Counted from the stretch's first letter, positions 49,325 to 59,166 are shown. The stretch is DNA of 64,000 nucleotides from Luteolibacter sp. (GCA_039915545.1 JBDSNC010000301.1:4977-68976), one strand, 5' to 3'. The notes: generated by a model from the letters alone, not told the origin. Numbers and translations: made by a program.

Positions 49325-49426
49325 AAGTTGATGGTTGGGTGTTGATTGTTGATAGGAAGAGAAGAGCGGAGGGTGTGGAGAGAGCGGGGATTCCAGTTTT
49401 TTGCTATCAACCATCCACTATCAACC
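49325..49426. repeat. Heptamer-repeat inverted-repeat element, copy 2
   Basis: gttgatggttgggtgttgattgttgatag ... ctatcaaccatccactatcaacc between trpA and dapF. Confidence 0.7.
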
Positions 49427-50215
49427 CTTCGTGGCGGCGATGAGTGGTGCGGTGAAATCGCGAACGGCTTGGGCGGCGTTTTCCGGGTGGAGTTCCACCT
49501 GTTTGACGATCGCCGAGCCCACGATAACACCATCCGCTGTGCTGGCAACCATGGCGGCCTGGTCCGGGGTGGTGATGCCGAAGCCGACGCAGACGGGGAC
49601 ATCCGTGTGGGCTTTGATCGATGAAACAAGGGCGGCGATGTTGGCCGACGGAGCGCCGTGCGAGCCGGTGACTCCGGTTCTTGAAAGCGCGTAGATGAAG
49701 CCTTCCGCAGACTGCGCGAGGATTTTCACGCGCTCCGGCGGAGTCGTCGGTGCGATGAGGCGGATGTGTTTCAGTCCCGCTCCGATGGCGAGGTCCTTGT
49801 TCAGCGCTGCCTCATCGGGAGGAAGATCGAGTAAAAGAATGCCGTCCGCGCCGGCGGCTGCGGCGTCGTGGTGGAAGGCTTCGAAGCCGTAGGTGAAAAC
49901 GGGATTAAGATAGGTGAAGAGCACTATGGGCGTCTCGTGGGTCTCGCGGAAGCGGCGGATCAGCTCGATGACGCGGATGGTGGTCATTCCGGACTTGAGC
50001 GCGCGGTCGGCGGCCATCTGGTTGACGATGCCGTCGGCTAACGGATCGGAAAACGGCAGGCCGAGTTCGATGATGTCGGACCCGGCGTCCGCGAGGGCTT
50101 TGATGATTTCCAGCGAGATCTCAAAATCGGGATCACCGGCGGCGACGTAGGCGACGAAGGCTTTTTTTCCGGTTTCCCGGAGACGGGCGAAGGTGGAGTC
50201 GATGCGGTTGGGCAT
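49421..50215 (-). CDS. trpA: Tryptophan synthase alpha chain
   Basis: AGDPD, IELGLPFSDPLADG, LIAPTT, GVTG, VGFGI, DGVIVGSA. Confidence 0.97.
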   Translation of the reverse strand: MPNRIDSTFARLRETGKKAFVAYVAAGDPDFEISLEIIKALADAGSDIIELGLPFSDPLADGIVNQMAADRALKSGMTTIRVIELIRRFRETHETPIVLFTYLNPVFTYGFEAFHHDAAAAGADGILLLDLPPDEAALNKDLAIGAGLKHIRLIAPTTPPERVKILAQSAEGFIYALSRTGVTGSHGAPSANIAALVSSIKAHTDVPVCVGFGITTPDQAAMVASTADGVIVGSAIVKQVELHPENAAQAVRDFTAPLIAATKG

Positions 50216-50225
50216 TTTGAAGATG

Positions 50226-50322
50226 TGGATGGTTGAGAGTTGATGATTGATAGCAAGATTAAGAGTGGTGGTTGCGAAAGTCTGATTCTTTCCATCAACC
50301 ATCAACTCTCAACCATCAACTT
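50226..50322. repeat. Heptamer-repeat inverted-repeat element, copy 3
   Basis: ggatggttgagagttgatgattgatag ... ccatcaaccatcaactctcaaccatcaac. Confidence 0.7.
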
Positions 50323-50324
50323 CT

Positions 50325-52475
50325 TCAGGCGTTCTGTCTGGCGAGTTTCTCGCAGGATTTGATATCGAGTTTGCCGGAGGCGAGCACCGGGATTTCCGTG
50401 ACAGGGACGATGTGCTTGGGGCACCAGAGCGACGAAAGGCCTTCGTCCAGGAGCTTGTAGCGGAGATCGATGCATTCCTGTTCGAGCGCGGGGCCGGCGA
50501 TGGTGGAAAGGAGCAGGATGGCCTCGCCCTTCTGTTCATCCGGCACACCGACGACGGCGATCTTGCGCTCGGCTTCGGAATCAAGGCCGAGGACCTTGTT
50601 GATGGCGGCCTCGACGGTTTCGTGAGGCACCATTTCTCCGGCGATCTTGGAAAAGCGCGAGATGCGGCCCTCGATATAGAGGAAACCGTCCTCGTCCATG
50701 CGGCCGACATCACCGGTGCGGAACCAGCCGTCGGCGGTGAGGACCTCGGCGGTTTTTTTTGGATCGCCCAGGTAGCCGGAAAAAACGTTGGAGCCTTTGA
50801 ACCAGATGAGGCCCTGCTGGCTGATAGGAATGGATTGGTCGGATGCCGGATCGGTCAGTTTGATGGCGAGGCCGGGAAGGAGCTGGCCGACGGAGCCGTG
50901 GCGCGAAGACGGTAGCACGATGATGTTGGCGGATGGATCGAGATCCGGCAGGTTGACGTTGGTGGCGGGCGATGTTTCAGTTAGTCCGTAGCCTTCCTGA
51001 GGACGGACGCCGAACTTGTCCTCGAAGGCGGATGCCAGAGACTGCGGGAGTTTCTCCGCGCCGGTGACGACGAGCTTGAGCGAGGAAAGCTGTGCGGGAT
51101 CGATCCGCTTCATGTAGCCGCGCAGGAAAGTCGGGGTGGAGAGGAAGATGTTGATCTGATGGAGCGCGATGAGTTCCGCGAGGCGCTTCGTTTCCAACGG
51201 ACTCGGATAGGTGACAAGGTTCACGCCTTCGATGACGGGGAACCAAAGCGTGACGGTGCAGCCGAACGAATGGAACAGCGGCAGGCAGCCGAGAATCGCC
51301 GAGCCATTCGGCAGGTTCAGGCGCGAGCCGAACTGGCAGACGTTGGCGAGCACGTTGCGGTGGCTGAGCACCACACCCTTGGGTTCGCCGGAGGAGCCGG
51401 AAGTGAAGAGCAGGGTGGCTTCGTCCTGACCGCGGCGCTTGTTCAGTCCTAGCAGAAGAATGAGGGCGGACGATGGAAGCAGTTTTGAAACCATCGCCCA
51501 GGTGACGATCTTCTTCTTCAGCGTCGGCAGGACGCGCTCGATGAAGATGAGGTCGCGGTTGGGCGGCCACGGGAATGAGGAAACTTTTCTAACGAACGGA
51601 TCGGCGGTGATGAAGCGGTCCACGTCGGCCTGGCGGATGCTGGATTTCACCGCTTCCGGGCCGGCGGTGAAATTGAGGTTCACCGGAGTTTTTCCGGCGA
51701 AGATCACGGCAAGGTTCGCGATGAGTCCGGCTTTCCCGGGAGGGAGGACGATGGCCACGCGCGGCTTGTCGGTTTCCTCCTTGATGAACTTCGAAAAAAC
51801 GATCGCTGCGGCGAGCACCTTGTCGTAGGTCATCTCCGAATCGTCCGAGCCGTCGATGATGCGGTTTTTCGAATGCTTCTTGAGGCCCTTGAGCAGGGAC
51901 ATCGCGAGTGATCCTTTGAAAAGCGCGCGTGAGCTGTAGGCCTCCTCAGCGGCGGAAAAAAGCGCCTGCTGGTAAGAGGCGACGCTGGCGTCCTTCGCGG
52001 GAATGAGCGGGGCGATGCTGAAGACCGCGACGGGCAGCGAGGACAGGCGCTCGACGCTGAGGCTGGATTCGCGCGGGCAATCGATGGCGACGGGCAGAAC
52101 CGGCAGACCGAACGCGCACAGCGCCTTCAGGTGGGACGCCGGAATGTGGCAGGTGGTCGCATTCCGGGTGACGGCGCGGCCGGGGACGTAGATGAGCACG
52201 CCACCATTCGCGAGAAACGGCTGGAGCTGGGCCCCGGCTGCGGCGGGAGCGGCGTCCGCGGCGGAGAACATCGAGCCGGAGCCGGATTTCTGAAGGTGGG
52301 TGGTGAGCGCGGGATCGTAGTGGGCGGTTTCCTCGACGAGCCAGGTGATGTGCCGGCCGGCGAAGAGTTTTTCAAAATGGAGGAGCAGATCGAGCTCCAG
52401 CCGCCCGGGAATGACGAGGCAGCCGGTCGATGGGAGGCGTTCTTTGTGAATGAATTGAATCGGAGAAGATGACAT
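50325..52475 (-). CDS. Aas-like AMP-binding acyl-ACP synthetase with a degenerate N-terminal acyltransferase region
   Basis: LFTSGSSGEPKG, GYGLTE, WFRTGD, RFSKIAGEMV, LASGK. Confidence 0.88.
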   Translation of the reverse strand: MSSSPIQFIHKERLPSTGCLVIPGRLELDLLLHFEKLFAGRHITWLVEETAHYDPALTTHLQKSGSGSMFSAADAAPAAAGAQLQPFLANGGVLIYVPGRAVTRNATTCHIPASHLKALCAFGLPVLPVAIDCPRESSLSVERLSSLPVAVFSIAPLIPAKDASVASYQQALFSAAEEAYSSRALFKGSLAMSLLKGLKKHSKNRIIDGSDDSEMTYDKVLAAAIVFSKFIKEETDKPRVAIVLPPGKAGLIANLAVIFAGKTPVNLNFTAGPEAVKSSIRQADVDRFITADPFVRKVSSFPWPPNRDLIFIERVLPTLKKKIVTWAMVSKLLPSSALILLLGLNKRRGQDEATLLFTSGSSGEPKGVVLSHRNVLANVCQFGSRLNLPNGSAILGCLPLFHSFGCTVTLWFPVIEGVNLVTYPSPLETKRLAELIALHQINIFLSTPTFLRGYMKRIDPAQLSSLKLVVTGAEKLPQSLASAFEDKFGVRPQEGYGLTETSPATNVNLPDLDPSANIIVLPSSRHGSVGQLLPGLAIKLTDPASDQSIPISQQGLIWFKGSNVFSGYLGDPKKTAEVLTADGWFRTGDVGRMDEDGFLYIEGRISRFSKIAGEMVPHETVEAAINKVLGLDSEAERKIAVVGVPDEQKGEAILLLSTIAGPALEQECIDLRYKLLDEGLSSLWCPKHIVPVTEIPVLASGKLDIKSCEKLARQNA

Positions 52476-52600
52476 TTGTCGAAAATCGTTGAGGTGAAAA
52501 GGTCCGGGACCTTGGTTCGCCGCGATTTAGGAGAAATTTCCCCAAAGTGGCACGGTTAATTTTCCGGGAAATCTCGATTGCCGGAAAAGCGGGCGTCCGC

Positions 52601-53815
52601 TCACAGGCCGTCTTTGGGCACCGTGATCAGGAACTTCGTCTCGCGGCCGGGTACCGAGGTCACGCCGATGGTCCCGTGGTGTGCCTCGATGGCGCGTTTG
52701 ACGATCGAGAGCCCGAGTCCGGTGCCCTTGATTTCCTGCTGCGAGTGGTGCTTTTCCACCCGGTAAAACCGCCGGAAAATATGCGGCAGATCCGCGCTCG
52801 GGATGCCGACGCCGTTGTCCGCCACCCAGATGTGATACGCCGCGCCGACGAGCTGGCAGCCGATCTCGACGCGGAGGCCGCTGTAGGGATTTTGCTTGAG
52901 GGCGTTTTCGACGAGGTTGAAAAGTACTTGGGTCCAGTAGAAGCGGTCGCCCTGGAGCGTCACCGCGGGGTCCGGCATGGTGACCATCATCTCCGCATTC
53001 TGGGCGCGGATGACGGACTCCAGCCGTTCGAGAATGTCGTTCACGCAGGAGCGGAAACGGAACGGCTCCATCTTGAGCGCGCTCGCCTCGCCGGACTCCA
53101 GCCGCGAGATGACGAGCATGTCCTCGACGATGCGCGAGATGCGGTCGGCGTGCTTGCGCATGACAGTTAGAAAGCGCCGCGACATCTCCTTGTCGTCGAG
53201 CATGTCATCGTCCAACAGGTTTTCCAGATAGCCGTTGATGATGGCCAGCGGGGTGCGCAGCTCGTGCGAGGCGTTCGCGACGAAGTCCTTCCGCACCTGT
53301 TCTATCTGATGCTCGGTGGTCACGTCGCGGATGATGACTCGGGTGATGGGATCGCTGTCCGGTGCGTTGGATAGCTGCGCGGCATCGATAATCCACGCGT
53401 TGACGCCGCGGGTCTCAAGATCACCGCGCGGCGAGGTCTGTTGGGGAAGGACGACGCGCGATTGCACGGGCTCGCCGGTTTCCAGACAGCGCAGCAACGC
53501 ATCTGCCAGACGGGGATCGATGAATGCTTCCCGGACCGGGCGGTTGACCAGTTCGCGGTTGCCGAAGAGCGAGCGCGCGGCCTCGTTGGCGAAGCGGATG
53601 TTAGCGCCCGGATCGACCAACAGGAAAGCATCGCCGAGGGCGTCGAGCAGGCGGTTGCGTTCGTCACGGGCTTGTTTGAGATCGAGTTCAAGGCGGAGTT
53701 TCCATGCGTTGACTTCGGCTTCGGATTCCTTGCGGGAATTGCGGTGACGGTAAACGTAAACCGTCAGTGCGGTGAGTGCCGAAACAGTGGCAATGATGGC
53801 GATTTCGTTGGTCAT
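52601..53815 (-). CDS. PhoR-like PAS sensor histidine kinase
   Basis: RKDFVANASHELRTPL, NLVENA, DNGVGI, FYRV, GTGLGLSIVK; ATGA overlap with the upstream regulator. Confidence 0.92.
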   Translation of the reverse strand: MTNEIAIIATVSALTALTVYVYRHRNSRKESEAEVNAWKLRLELDLKQARDERNRLLDALGDAFLLVDPGANIRFANEAARSLFGNRELVNRPVREAFIDPRLADALLRCLETGEPVQSRVVLPQQTSPRGDLETRGVNAWIIDAAQLSNAPDSDPITRVIIRDVTTEHQIEQVRKDFVANASHELRTPLAIINGYLENLLDDDMLDDKEMSRRFLTVMRKHADRISRIVEDMLVISRLESGEASALKMEPFRFRSCVNDILERLESVIRAQNAEMMVTMPDPAVTLQGDRFYWTQVLFNLVENALKQNPYSGLRVEIGCQLVGAAYHIWVADNGVGIPSADLPHIFRRFYRVEKHHSQQEIKGTGLGLSIVKRAIEAHHGTIGVTSVPGRETKFLITVPKDGL

Positions 53816-54495
53816 CCTTCGGCTTTCGCTACGCAATAGCCGATACCTCTCACCGTTTCAACCCATGAGCCGTGGATTCCGAGCTTCTGCCGGAGACGTT
53901 TCATGTGGGTGTCCAGCGTGCGGCTGTGGGTCGCATCGCTGTAGCCCCAGACGGTGCGGAGAAGGTCGTTGCGGTCCTGCGGTTTTCCCGAGCGCTCGCA
54001 GAGGAAGAGCAGCAGTTTGAATTCGGTGGCTGTCAGGTCGGCCGGCTCGTTGTCCAGATAGAACTTGAGCGAGTTCTTGTCGAAACGGAACGGACCGTAG
54101 GTGAAATCGACGTTGCCCGGAGGCGCGTCCGAGCGTTTCAAAATTGCCTGCACGCGCAGCATCAGTTCTTTCGGGCTGAAAGGCTTCGTTAAATAGTCGT
54201 CGGCCCCGGCTTCCAGTCCCTGAATGCGATCCTCAGTCTGGGCGCGTGCCGTCAGCATGATCACCGGAATGTTCACCGTGCGGGTGTCGCGCCGCAGCTC
54301 GCGGAAAACCGAATAACCGTCGCGGCCGGGGAGCATGAGGTCCAGCACGATCAGGTCCGGACGTTCGCGCAGGGCCATTTCGGTGCCCACCACTCCGTCA
54401 TGGGCCTTGAGCACGTCGTATCCCGCTCGTGTGAGGTTGAAGCCGATGAGGTCGGCGATGTCACGTTCGTCCTCTACAATCAGAATGCGATTCAT
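53812..54495 (-). CDS. PhoB/OmpR-family response regulator
   Basis: ILIVEDE, LDLMLPG, GADDYLTKPF, LTATEFKLL, SRTLDTHMKRLRQKL, ETVRGIGY. Confidence 0.95.
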   Translation of the reverse strand: MNRILIVEDERDIADLIGFNLTRAGYDVLKAHDGVVGTEMALRERPDLIVLDLMLPGRDGYSVFRELRRDTRTVNIPVIMLTARAQTEDRIQGLEAGADDYLTKPFSPKELMLRVQAILKRSDAPPGNVDFTYGPFRFDKNSLKFYLDNEPADLTATEFKLLLFLCERSGKPQDRNDLLRTVWGYSDATHSRTLDTHMKRLRQKLGIHGSWVETVRGIGYCVAKAEG

Positions 54496-54556
54496 TTCGA
54501 GGACAAGCTAGCGGGCGTGTTGTCACAGGGCGAAACCCTCGCGTGTGACGATTTGG

Positions 54557-55462
54557 TCACAATATGTCCTTGCTGACGTAGGTGCCGGGCAGCGTCGTGC
54601 GGGCGATTCCCATTTTCACGCCGGCGGCCAACGAGGTATTCACGCCGGTGCGGACGCCGTCGCCGAGGATCGCGCCGAGCTTGAGGCGGCCGGTGTCCAC
54701 GGGTTTTCCCTGGATCATCGAAACGTGGTGACGGCCGTCGTGACGATGGTTTTCCGTGCAGGTTCCCGCGCCGAGTGTGACGTGGGTGCCGATGATGGAG
54801 TCCCCGACGTAGCACTGGCGGGAAATATAAGTGTTGTTGTAAATGATCGAGTTCTTAATTTCAGCCCCGTTGCCGACGTAGCAGTTCGCGCCGATGCTGG
54901 TGGCTCCGCGGATGTAGGCGTTCGGGCCGATCTGGCTGTTTGATCCGATGAGCACCGGACCTTCGATCACCGTGCCGGGCAGGATCCGCGAGCCGTTGGC
55001 GAGGCGGATGGGACCGGACAAGCTTGCCAGCGAGCTCACTTCGCCGAGCAGTGAGGTTTCATCCATCAGCGCCAGGGCTTCTTCGTTTATACGGAGAAGA
55101 TCCCATGGATAGAGAACAGGAAAACAATTTGCATCTGTGATGATCCTATCGACGCAGTCTTCAGGGCGCTCGGCACCTTTCCAAGCCAGGATACTGCCTG
55201 CGCTGTCCACCAAGCACGTACTGAGCTGGTTGCTGCCTAGTAGCATCAGTGCGGCAACGTCGATCCAATTATCGACCGGGATTCTAAGGGTGTGTTCACC
55301 GGCATCGCTGGGCTCAACGATTTGCAAGCCCGCTTGGCGCAGGTCCGCTGAGAGCAGTTCCTTCATCGGCATGTTCGCGATCAGGCAGGAGCCTAGCTCC
55401 CGGTTGGAAGTAATTGGAGCACAGAGGGCCGGATTACGGGGAGGTAGGAGAGTTGCCTGCAT
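54557..55462 (-). CDS. GlmU-related left-handed beta-helix (hexapeptide) transferase-like protein
   Basis: YPWDLL, IEGPVLIG..IGPNAYIRG..IG, EIKNS, YVGDSIIG, DTGRLKLGAILGD. Confidence 0.8.
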   Translation of the reverse strand: MQATLLPPRNPALCAPITSNRELGSCLIANMPMKELLSADLRQAGLQIVEPSDAGEHTLRIPVDNWIDVAALMLLGSNQLSTCLVDSAGSILAWKGAERPEDCVDRIITDANCFPVLYPWDLLRINEEALALMDETSLLGEVSSLASLSGPIRLANGSRILPGTVIEGPVLIGSNSQIGPNAYIRGATSIGANCYVGNGAEIKNSIIYNNTYISRQCYVGDSIIGTHVTLGAGTCTENHRHDGRHHVSMIQGKPVDTGRLKLGAILGDGVRTGVNTSLAAGVKMGIARTTLPGTYVSKDIL

Positions 55463-55607
55463 GGGTTAACGACAGTTCATCACGGTCAATTTACTCATAC
55501 ACGAAAATTCTCCTCAAATCTTAAAAAATTATCGGCTTTCCAGCCCGCGCACGATGGATACCCAGTATGGATGTTGAATGCTTTATTTCACCAAGCCGAA
55601 ACAACTT

Positions 55608-56711
55608 TCAAGCGTGTTTCGCATGCCATTCGGCATAGGCTTTCGGCGAGATTTCCGAGGGTTTGATTTCCGAACGGCCGCCCCAGAAGACGTTGGTGTA
55701 GGAGACGGGGATGCCGACGGCTTCGAGGTGCTGGTCGATGGCCGCCTTGTGTTCGAGCACGCGGGGTTTCTCGGTGCCGTGGACCACGCCCATGATGTTC
55801 ACGTCGCCGAACTGCGGGCCGCCTTCGCGCCAGTAGCAGTGGGTCATGCAGAAGTGGCGGCCGACCTGCGCGCCGGCTTCGATCTCGCGGCCTTTCGGCA
55901 CGGCCCAATGGAAAAGTCCGTTGAAACGGGTGACGCGCTCGCCGGTAGCGGAGGGTTTCACGTGTTCGAGGAACGTGGAGAAACGGCCGATCACTTTTTT
56001 CGCGTTCAGCGTCTCGGCAACTTCGCAGAATCGATCAAGCGAAACACCGGCGATGGCCGCACGCTTCACCCAGGGTTCCTCGCAGATTTCGTCGGGCGTG
56101 AGCTCTTCCTTCAGCGCGAGCAGGACATCCCATTCCTCCGTGGTGAGATCGACCGGAATGGTGGTCATCATTTCCGCCGGCTCGTCGGCCTTGTCGCCGG
56201 GTTCCAGGGTTTTCCGGCGGGTGTGGCCGACTCCGAGGGCGAAGACTCCGTTGGCCGGCATGAGCAGGTATTCGGTCGCGCCGGTGAGACGGAGCAGGGA
56301 GGTGGCGTGCTCGTCGAGCGACTCGCCGACAGGCACTTTCAGCGTGGTCCAAAGCCGGTAGCCGGAGCCGGAAACCTCAGTATCCGTCGAGCGGATCACG
56401 ACGTGGCCGGAGAACGGATCCTCCTTCGACATGAAATCAAACGCAGCGTTGAGCTTTTCCTCAGGCACTTTCCAAGCGACGAGCGCGCCGTGAGCGAGCT
56501 TGGTGGAAAGCAGCGTCTGCCGCACCCGGCGGACCACTCCGGCCTCGACCATCGCACGGATGCGCTCGATCACGGTTTCAAGCGGCACCCCGGATTTCTC
56601 AGCGATCAGATGGAACGGGTGACGCTGGAATCCGGCGATGAGGTCTTCAGAAATGGCCAGGATGCTTGCGTTGACCGGCTCGTTGTGTTCGACGGGAATG
56701 GTGGAATTCAT
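55608..56711 (-). CDS. Lrp/AsnC-fold siroheme decarboxylase, fused AhbA-AhbB (NirDL-like)
   Basis: Two AsnC-like halves; GALVAWKVP...GHVVIR and FHWAVP...THCYWR motifs. Confidence 0.8.
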   Translation of the reverse strand: MNSTIPVEHNEPVNASILAISEDLIAGFQRHPFHLIAEKSGVPLETVIERIRAMVEAGVVRRVRQTLLSTKLAHGALVAWKVPEEKLNAAFDFMSKEDPFSGHVVIRSTDTEVSGSGYRLWTTLKVPVGESLDEHATSLLRLTGATEYLLMPANGVFALGVGHTRRKTLEPGDKADEPAEMMTTIPVDLTTEEWDVLLALKEELTPDEICEEPWVKRAAIAGVSLDRFCEVAETLNAKKVIGRFSTFLEHVKPSATGERVTRFNGLFHWAVPKGREIEAGAQVGRHFCMTHCYWREGGPQFGDVNIMGVVHGTEKPRVLEHKAAIDQHLEAVGIPVSYTNVFWGGRSEIKPSEISPKAYAEWHAKHA

Positions 56712-56774
56712 GGGAAAAATGTGGTGGATCGGGCAGGGGATGTGCGCCGCACGATTTACCGGATACTGGGCAAA

Positions 56775-58103
56775 TCACGCGGAAATTTCCGCTGCGAGGC
56801 GCTTGAGATAGGCCATGGCGGGCTCGCGATCAAGGATTCGTCCTTCGAGTTGCTCGGTTTGGATGGCTTCGAGGATCTCTTTGAACCGCGGGCCGGGTTT
56901 CAGGCCGAGCTTGATCAGGTCGCGCCCGGTGACGAGGGGCGGGGGGATCAACGGCTCGGCGGCGAACTCGACGGCCTTCTTTTGGAGAAACTCGTAATTG
57001 TCCGTAAATCCGTTCGACGACCCGCAATCCACGCGGTGCAGCTCCATTTCCTGCTCGAACTGCGGCTCCGCCATGAAGCGCTTCAATTTCGCCGTGCGCA
57101 TCTGCTGCACGTTCATGAACTGCATGTGGCGGGAGACCATTGGCACGACCGCGGCGATGGTGTCGTTCGAATAGCGCAGGCGGCGGAGTATGGTGTCCGC
57201 CATTTCCGCGCCCATCGCGTCGTGGCCGTTGAAACGGATGCGTCCCCCGGCATCCGCGTCGAAAGTCTGGCAGGGCGGCTTCGCGATGTCGTGCAGCAGG
57301 ACGGCGAGGCAGAGTTCCAGCGGCGCGTCCGGCTCCAGCATTTCCAACATGATGCAGGTATGGGTGAAAACATCGCCTTCCGGATGCCACTCCGGCGGTT
57401 GCTCGCAGCCGATCATCTTCAGCACCTCCGGCATGAAATGATTGATCAGTCCGCTATCGACCAGCAACGCCAGTCCCTTGCGCCGCCGTGGCGAAACAAG
57501 GATCTTCGAAAACTCATCACGAATCCGCTCGGGCGAAATCCGCTCTAGCAGCGGTGCGCATTCCTTGATCGCCGCGAATGTCACCGCTTCGATTTCAAAC
57601 CCGAGCGTCGTCGAAAACCGCACGGCTCGCAGCAGCCTCAGCGAGTCCTCGGTGAATCGCGCCTTCGCATCACCGATCGCGCGGATCATCCGTGCGTCGA
57701 GATCCGCACGGCCTCCGACAAAGTCGATCACCTCGCCCGTCAGCGGATTTTCAAACAGCCCGTTGATCGTGAAATCCCTGCGCTGTGCGTCGTGCTCCGG
57801 AGTCGAGAATTCCACTGTCTCCGGCCTGCGACCGTCTTTATAACTGCCGTCCGTCCGGAACGTCGCAATTTCCACATGCTGCCCGTTGTGCTTCGCGATC
57901 ACCACGCCGAAGTGCGCGCCGACTTCGTTGGATTTCGGAAACAGCGCCAGCACCTCCTCCGGTTTCGCCGAGGTCGCGACGTCGTAGTCCTTCGGCTTCA
58001 GCCCGAGCAGCTTGTCCCGCACGCAGCCGCCTGCGAAATACGCGACATGCCCGGCATCGATCAATCGGCGGGCGAAATAGTCGGCGGCGGCACGGGCGGG
58101 CAT
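56775..58103 (-). CDS. cca: CCA tRNA nucleotidyltransferase with HD domain
   Basis: GGCVRD..KDYD, RRDFTING, EDSLRLLRAVRF, ERIRDE, HPEGDV, LLHD. Confidence 0.93.
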   Translation of the reverse strand: MPARAAADYFARRLIDAGHVAYFAGGCVRDKLLGLKPKDYDVATSAKPEEVLALFPKSNEVGAHFGVVIAKHNGQHVEIATFRTDGSYKDGRRPETVEFSTPEHDAQRRDFTINGLFENPLTGEVIDFVGGRADLDARMIRAIGDAKARFTEDSLRLLRAVRFSTTLGFEIEAVTFAAIKECAPLLERISPERIRDEFSKILVSPRRRKGLALLVDSGLINHFMPEVLKMIGCEQPPEWHPEGDVFTHTCIMLEMLEPDAPLELCLAVLLHDIAKPPCQTFDADAGGRIRFNGHDAMGAEMADTILRRLRYSNDTIAAVVPMVSRHMQFMNVQQMRTAKLKRFMAEPQFEQEMELHRVDCGSSNGFTDNYEFLQKKAVEFAAEPLIPPPLVTGRDLIKLGLKPGPRFKEILEAIQTEQLEGRILDREPAMAYLKRLAAEISA

Positions 58104-58158
58104 GGCGGGAGCATCCGTCGCGGCATGCTGCGATTCAAGACCGTTTGCTTCCGGCGGA

Positions 58159-59115
58159 TCACTGCTTCGCCACGTTGTTTTGCCACAGCGTCGACGGTGG
58201 TACGTCGTTCGGGCGGCAGAGGATGATGCCCGCGTGCTTTGACGCGCTGTTCACGTAATCGCTGATCGGTCGGTCGATGATCACCATGCGGCCCTTGTCG
58301 TGATCCGAGGTGGCGTGGGTGAAATAGGCGCGGTCTCCGAGGCGGATGATCATTCCGACATGCGAGGTGTAGCCGCTCGAATCACTGCACGTGATCGCGC
58401 AGATGTCGCCGTTCTGAAGGTATTTTTCCGCGTCGCGCACCTTGGATTTCGGGACTTGATAGACCGGCAGGTTGGACACCTGCTCCTCGATTTTTCCCAT
58501 CGGCGCGACCAGCGACGGATTGTTGCGCAGGTAGCGGTAGCTTTTCCATGCCACCGTCATTTCGTGGATCTCGCGGTGCATCCGGACGGCTCCGGGAATG
58601 CGGGACGTGATGTTGGTGGCGTAGCCGCGGCGCTGGTTGTCGTAGAAAACCTCCTCCAGGTGGTGCATGCGGCTCAGGAAGCTTCCCGTGCAGACGCCAC
58701 TCCGATAGCGTTCGATTTCCACCATCTGCAGCATGTCCTGCGGCTTGTAGGGACCGGGCTTGTAACGCAGCAGGCGGGCAAGGGCCAGGGAGTTTTCATA
58801 ATAGGTCCAGCAATCCATGCCCTTGAGATTGGCCACCGGGGACTCGATCTTGTCATCCACCTCCAGCGAGTAATTGACGTAGGGCGTGCCGACAAATTCC
58901 CTCGCCACCCGCGCGGTCCGTTCGCTCAGCGGCAGCGCTCGCCAATTCTCCCTCTCGGCCTTGGCGATGATCGCGTAAAATTTCGACTCACCTTGGAAAA
59001 CCGTGCTCAGCGGAAGTTTCGGCGGATTGAGCGGCGGCACCGGCTGCGCGGCCATCGCCAGCGGTCCGCAAACACCGAGCACGGCAGCAAGAACAACGGT
59101 GAACTTGAATTTCAT
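58159..59115 (-). CDS. DUF1460 N-acetylmuramoyl-L-alanine amidase-like (NlpC/P60 superfamily) protein
   Basis: Signal peptide, FVGTPY, DCWTYYE, RMHH, GDI...SHVG...HATS. Confidence 0.88.
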   Translation of the reverse strand: MKFKFTVVLAAVLGVCGPLAMAAQPVPPLNPPKLPLSTVFQGESKFYAIIAKAERENWRALPLSERTARVAREFVGTPYVNYSLEVDDKIESPVANLKGMDCWTYYENSLALARLLRYKPGPYKPQDMLQMVEIERYRSGVCTGSFLSRMHHLEEVFYDNQRRGYATNITSRIPGAVRMHREIHEMTVAWKSYRYLRNNPSLVAPMGKIEEQVSNLPVYQVPKSKVRDAEKYLQNGDICAITCSDSSGYTSHVGMIIRLGDRAYFTHATSDHDKGRMVIIDRPISDYVNSASKHAGIILCRPNDVPPSTLWQNNVAKQ

Positions 59116-59166
59116 GATCCTCCTATAGCTGAAATTCCGCCCGCGAAAAGGGAACAATCGCGTAAT

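Noticed and set aside
54520-54550. Hairpin agggcgaaaccct as a c-di-GMP riboswitch
   Set aside because: It lacks the second stem and conserved GEMM context; overlapping regulator half-sites explain the region better.
55578-57548. 656-aa plus-strand ORF
   Set aside because: It is antisense to ahbAB and cca, both of which have clear family motifs.
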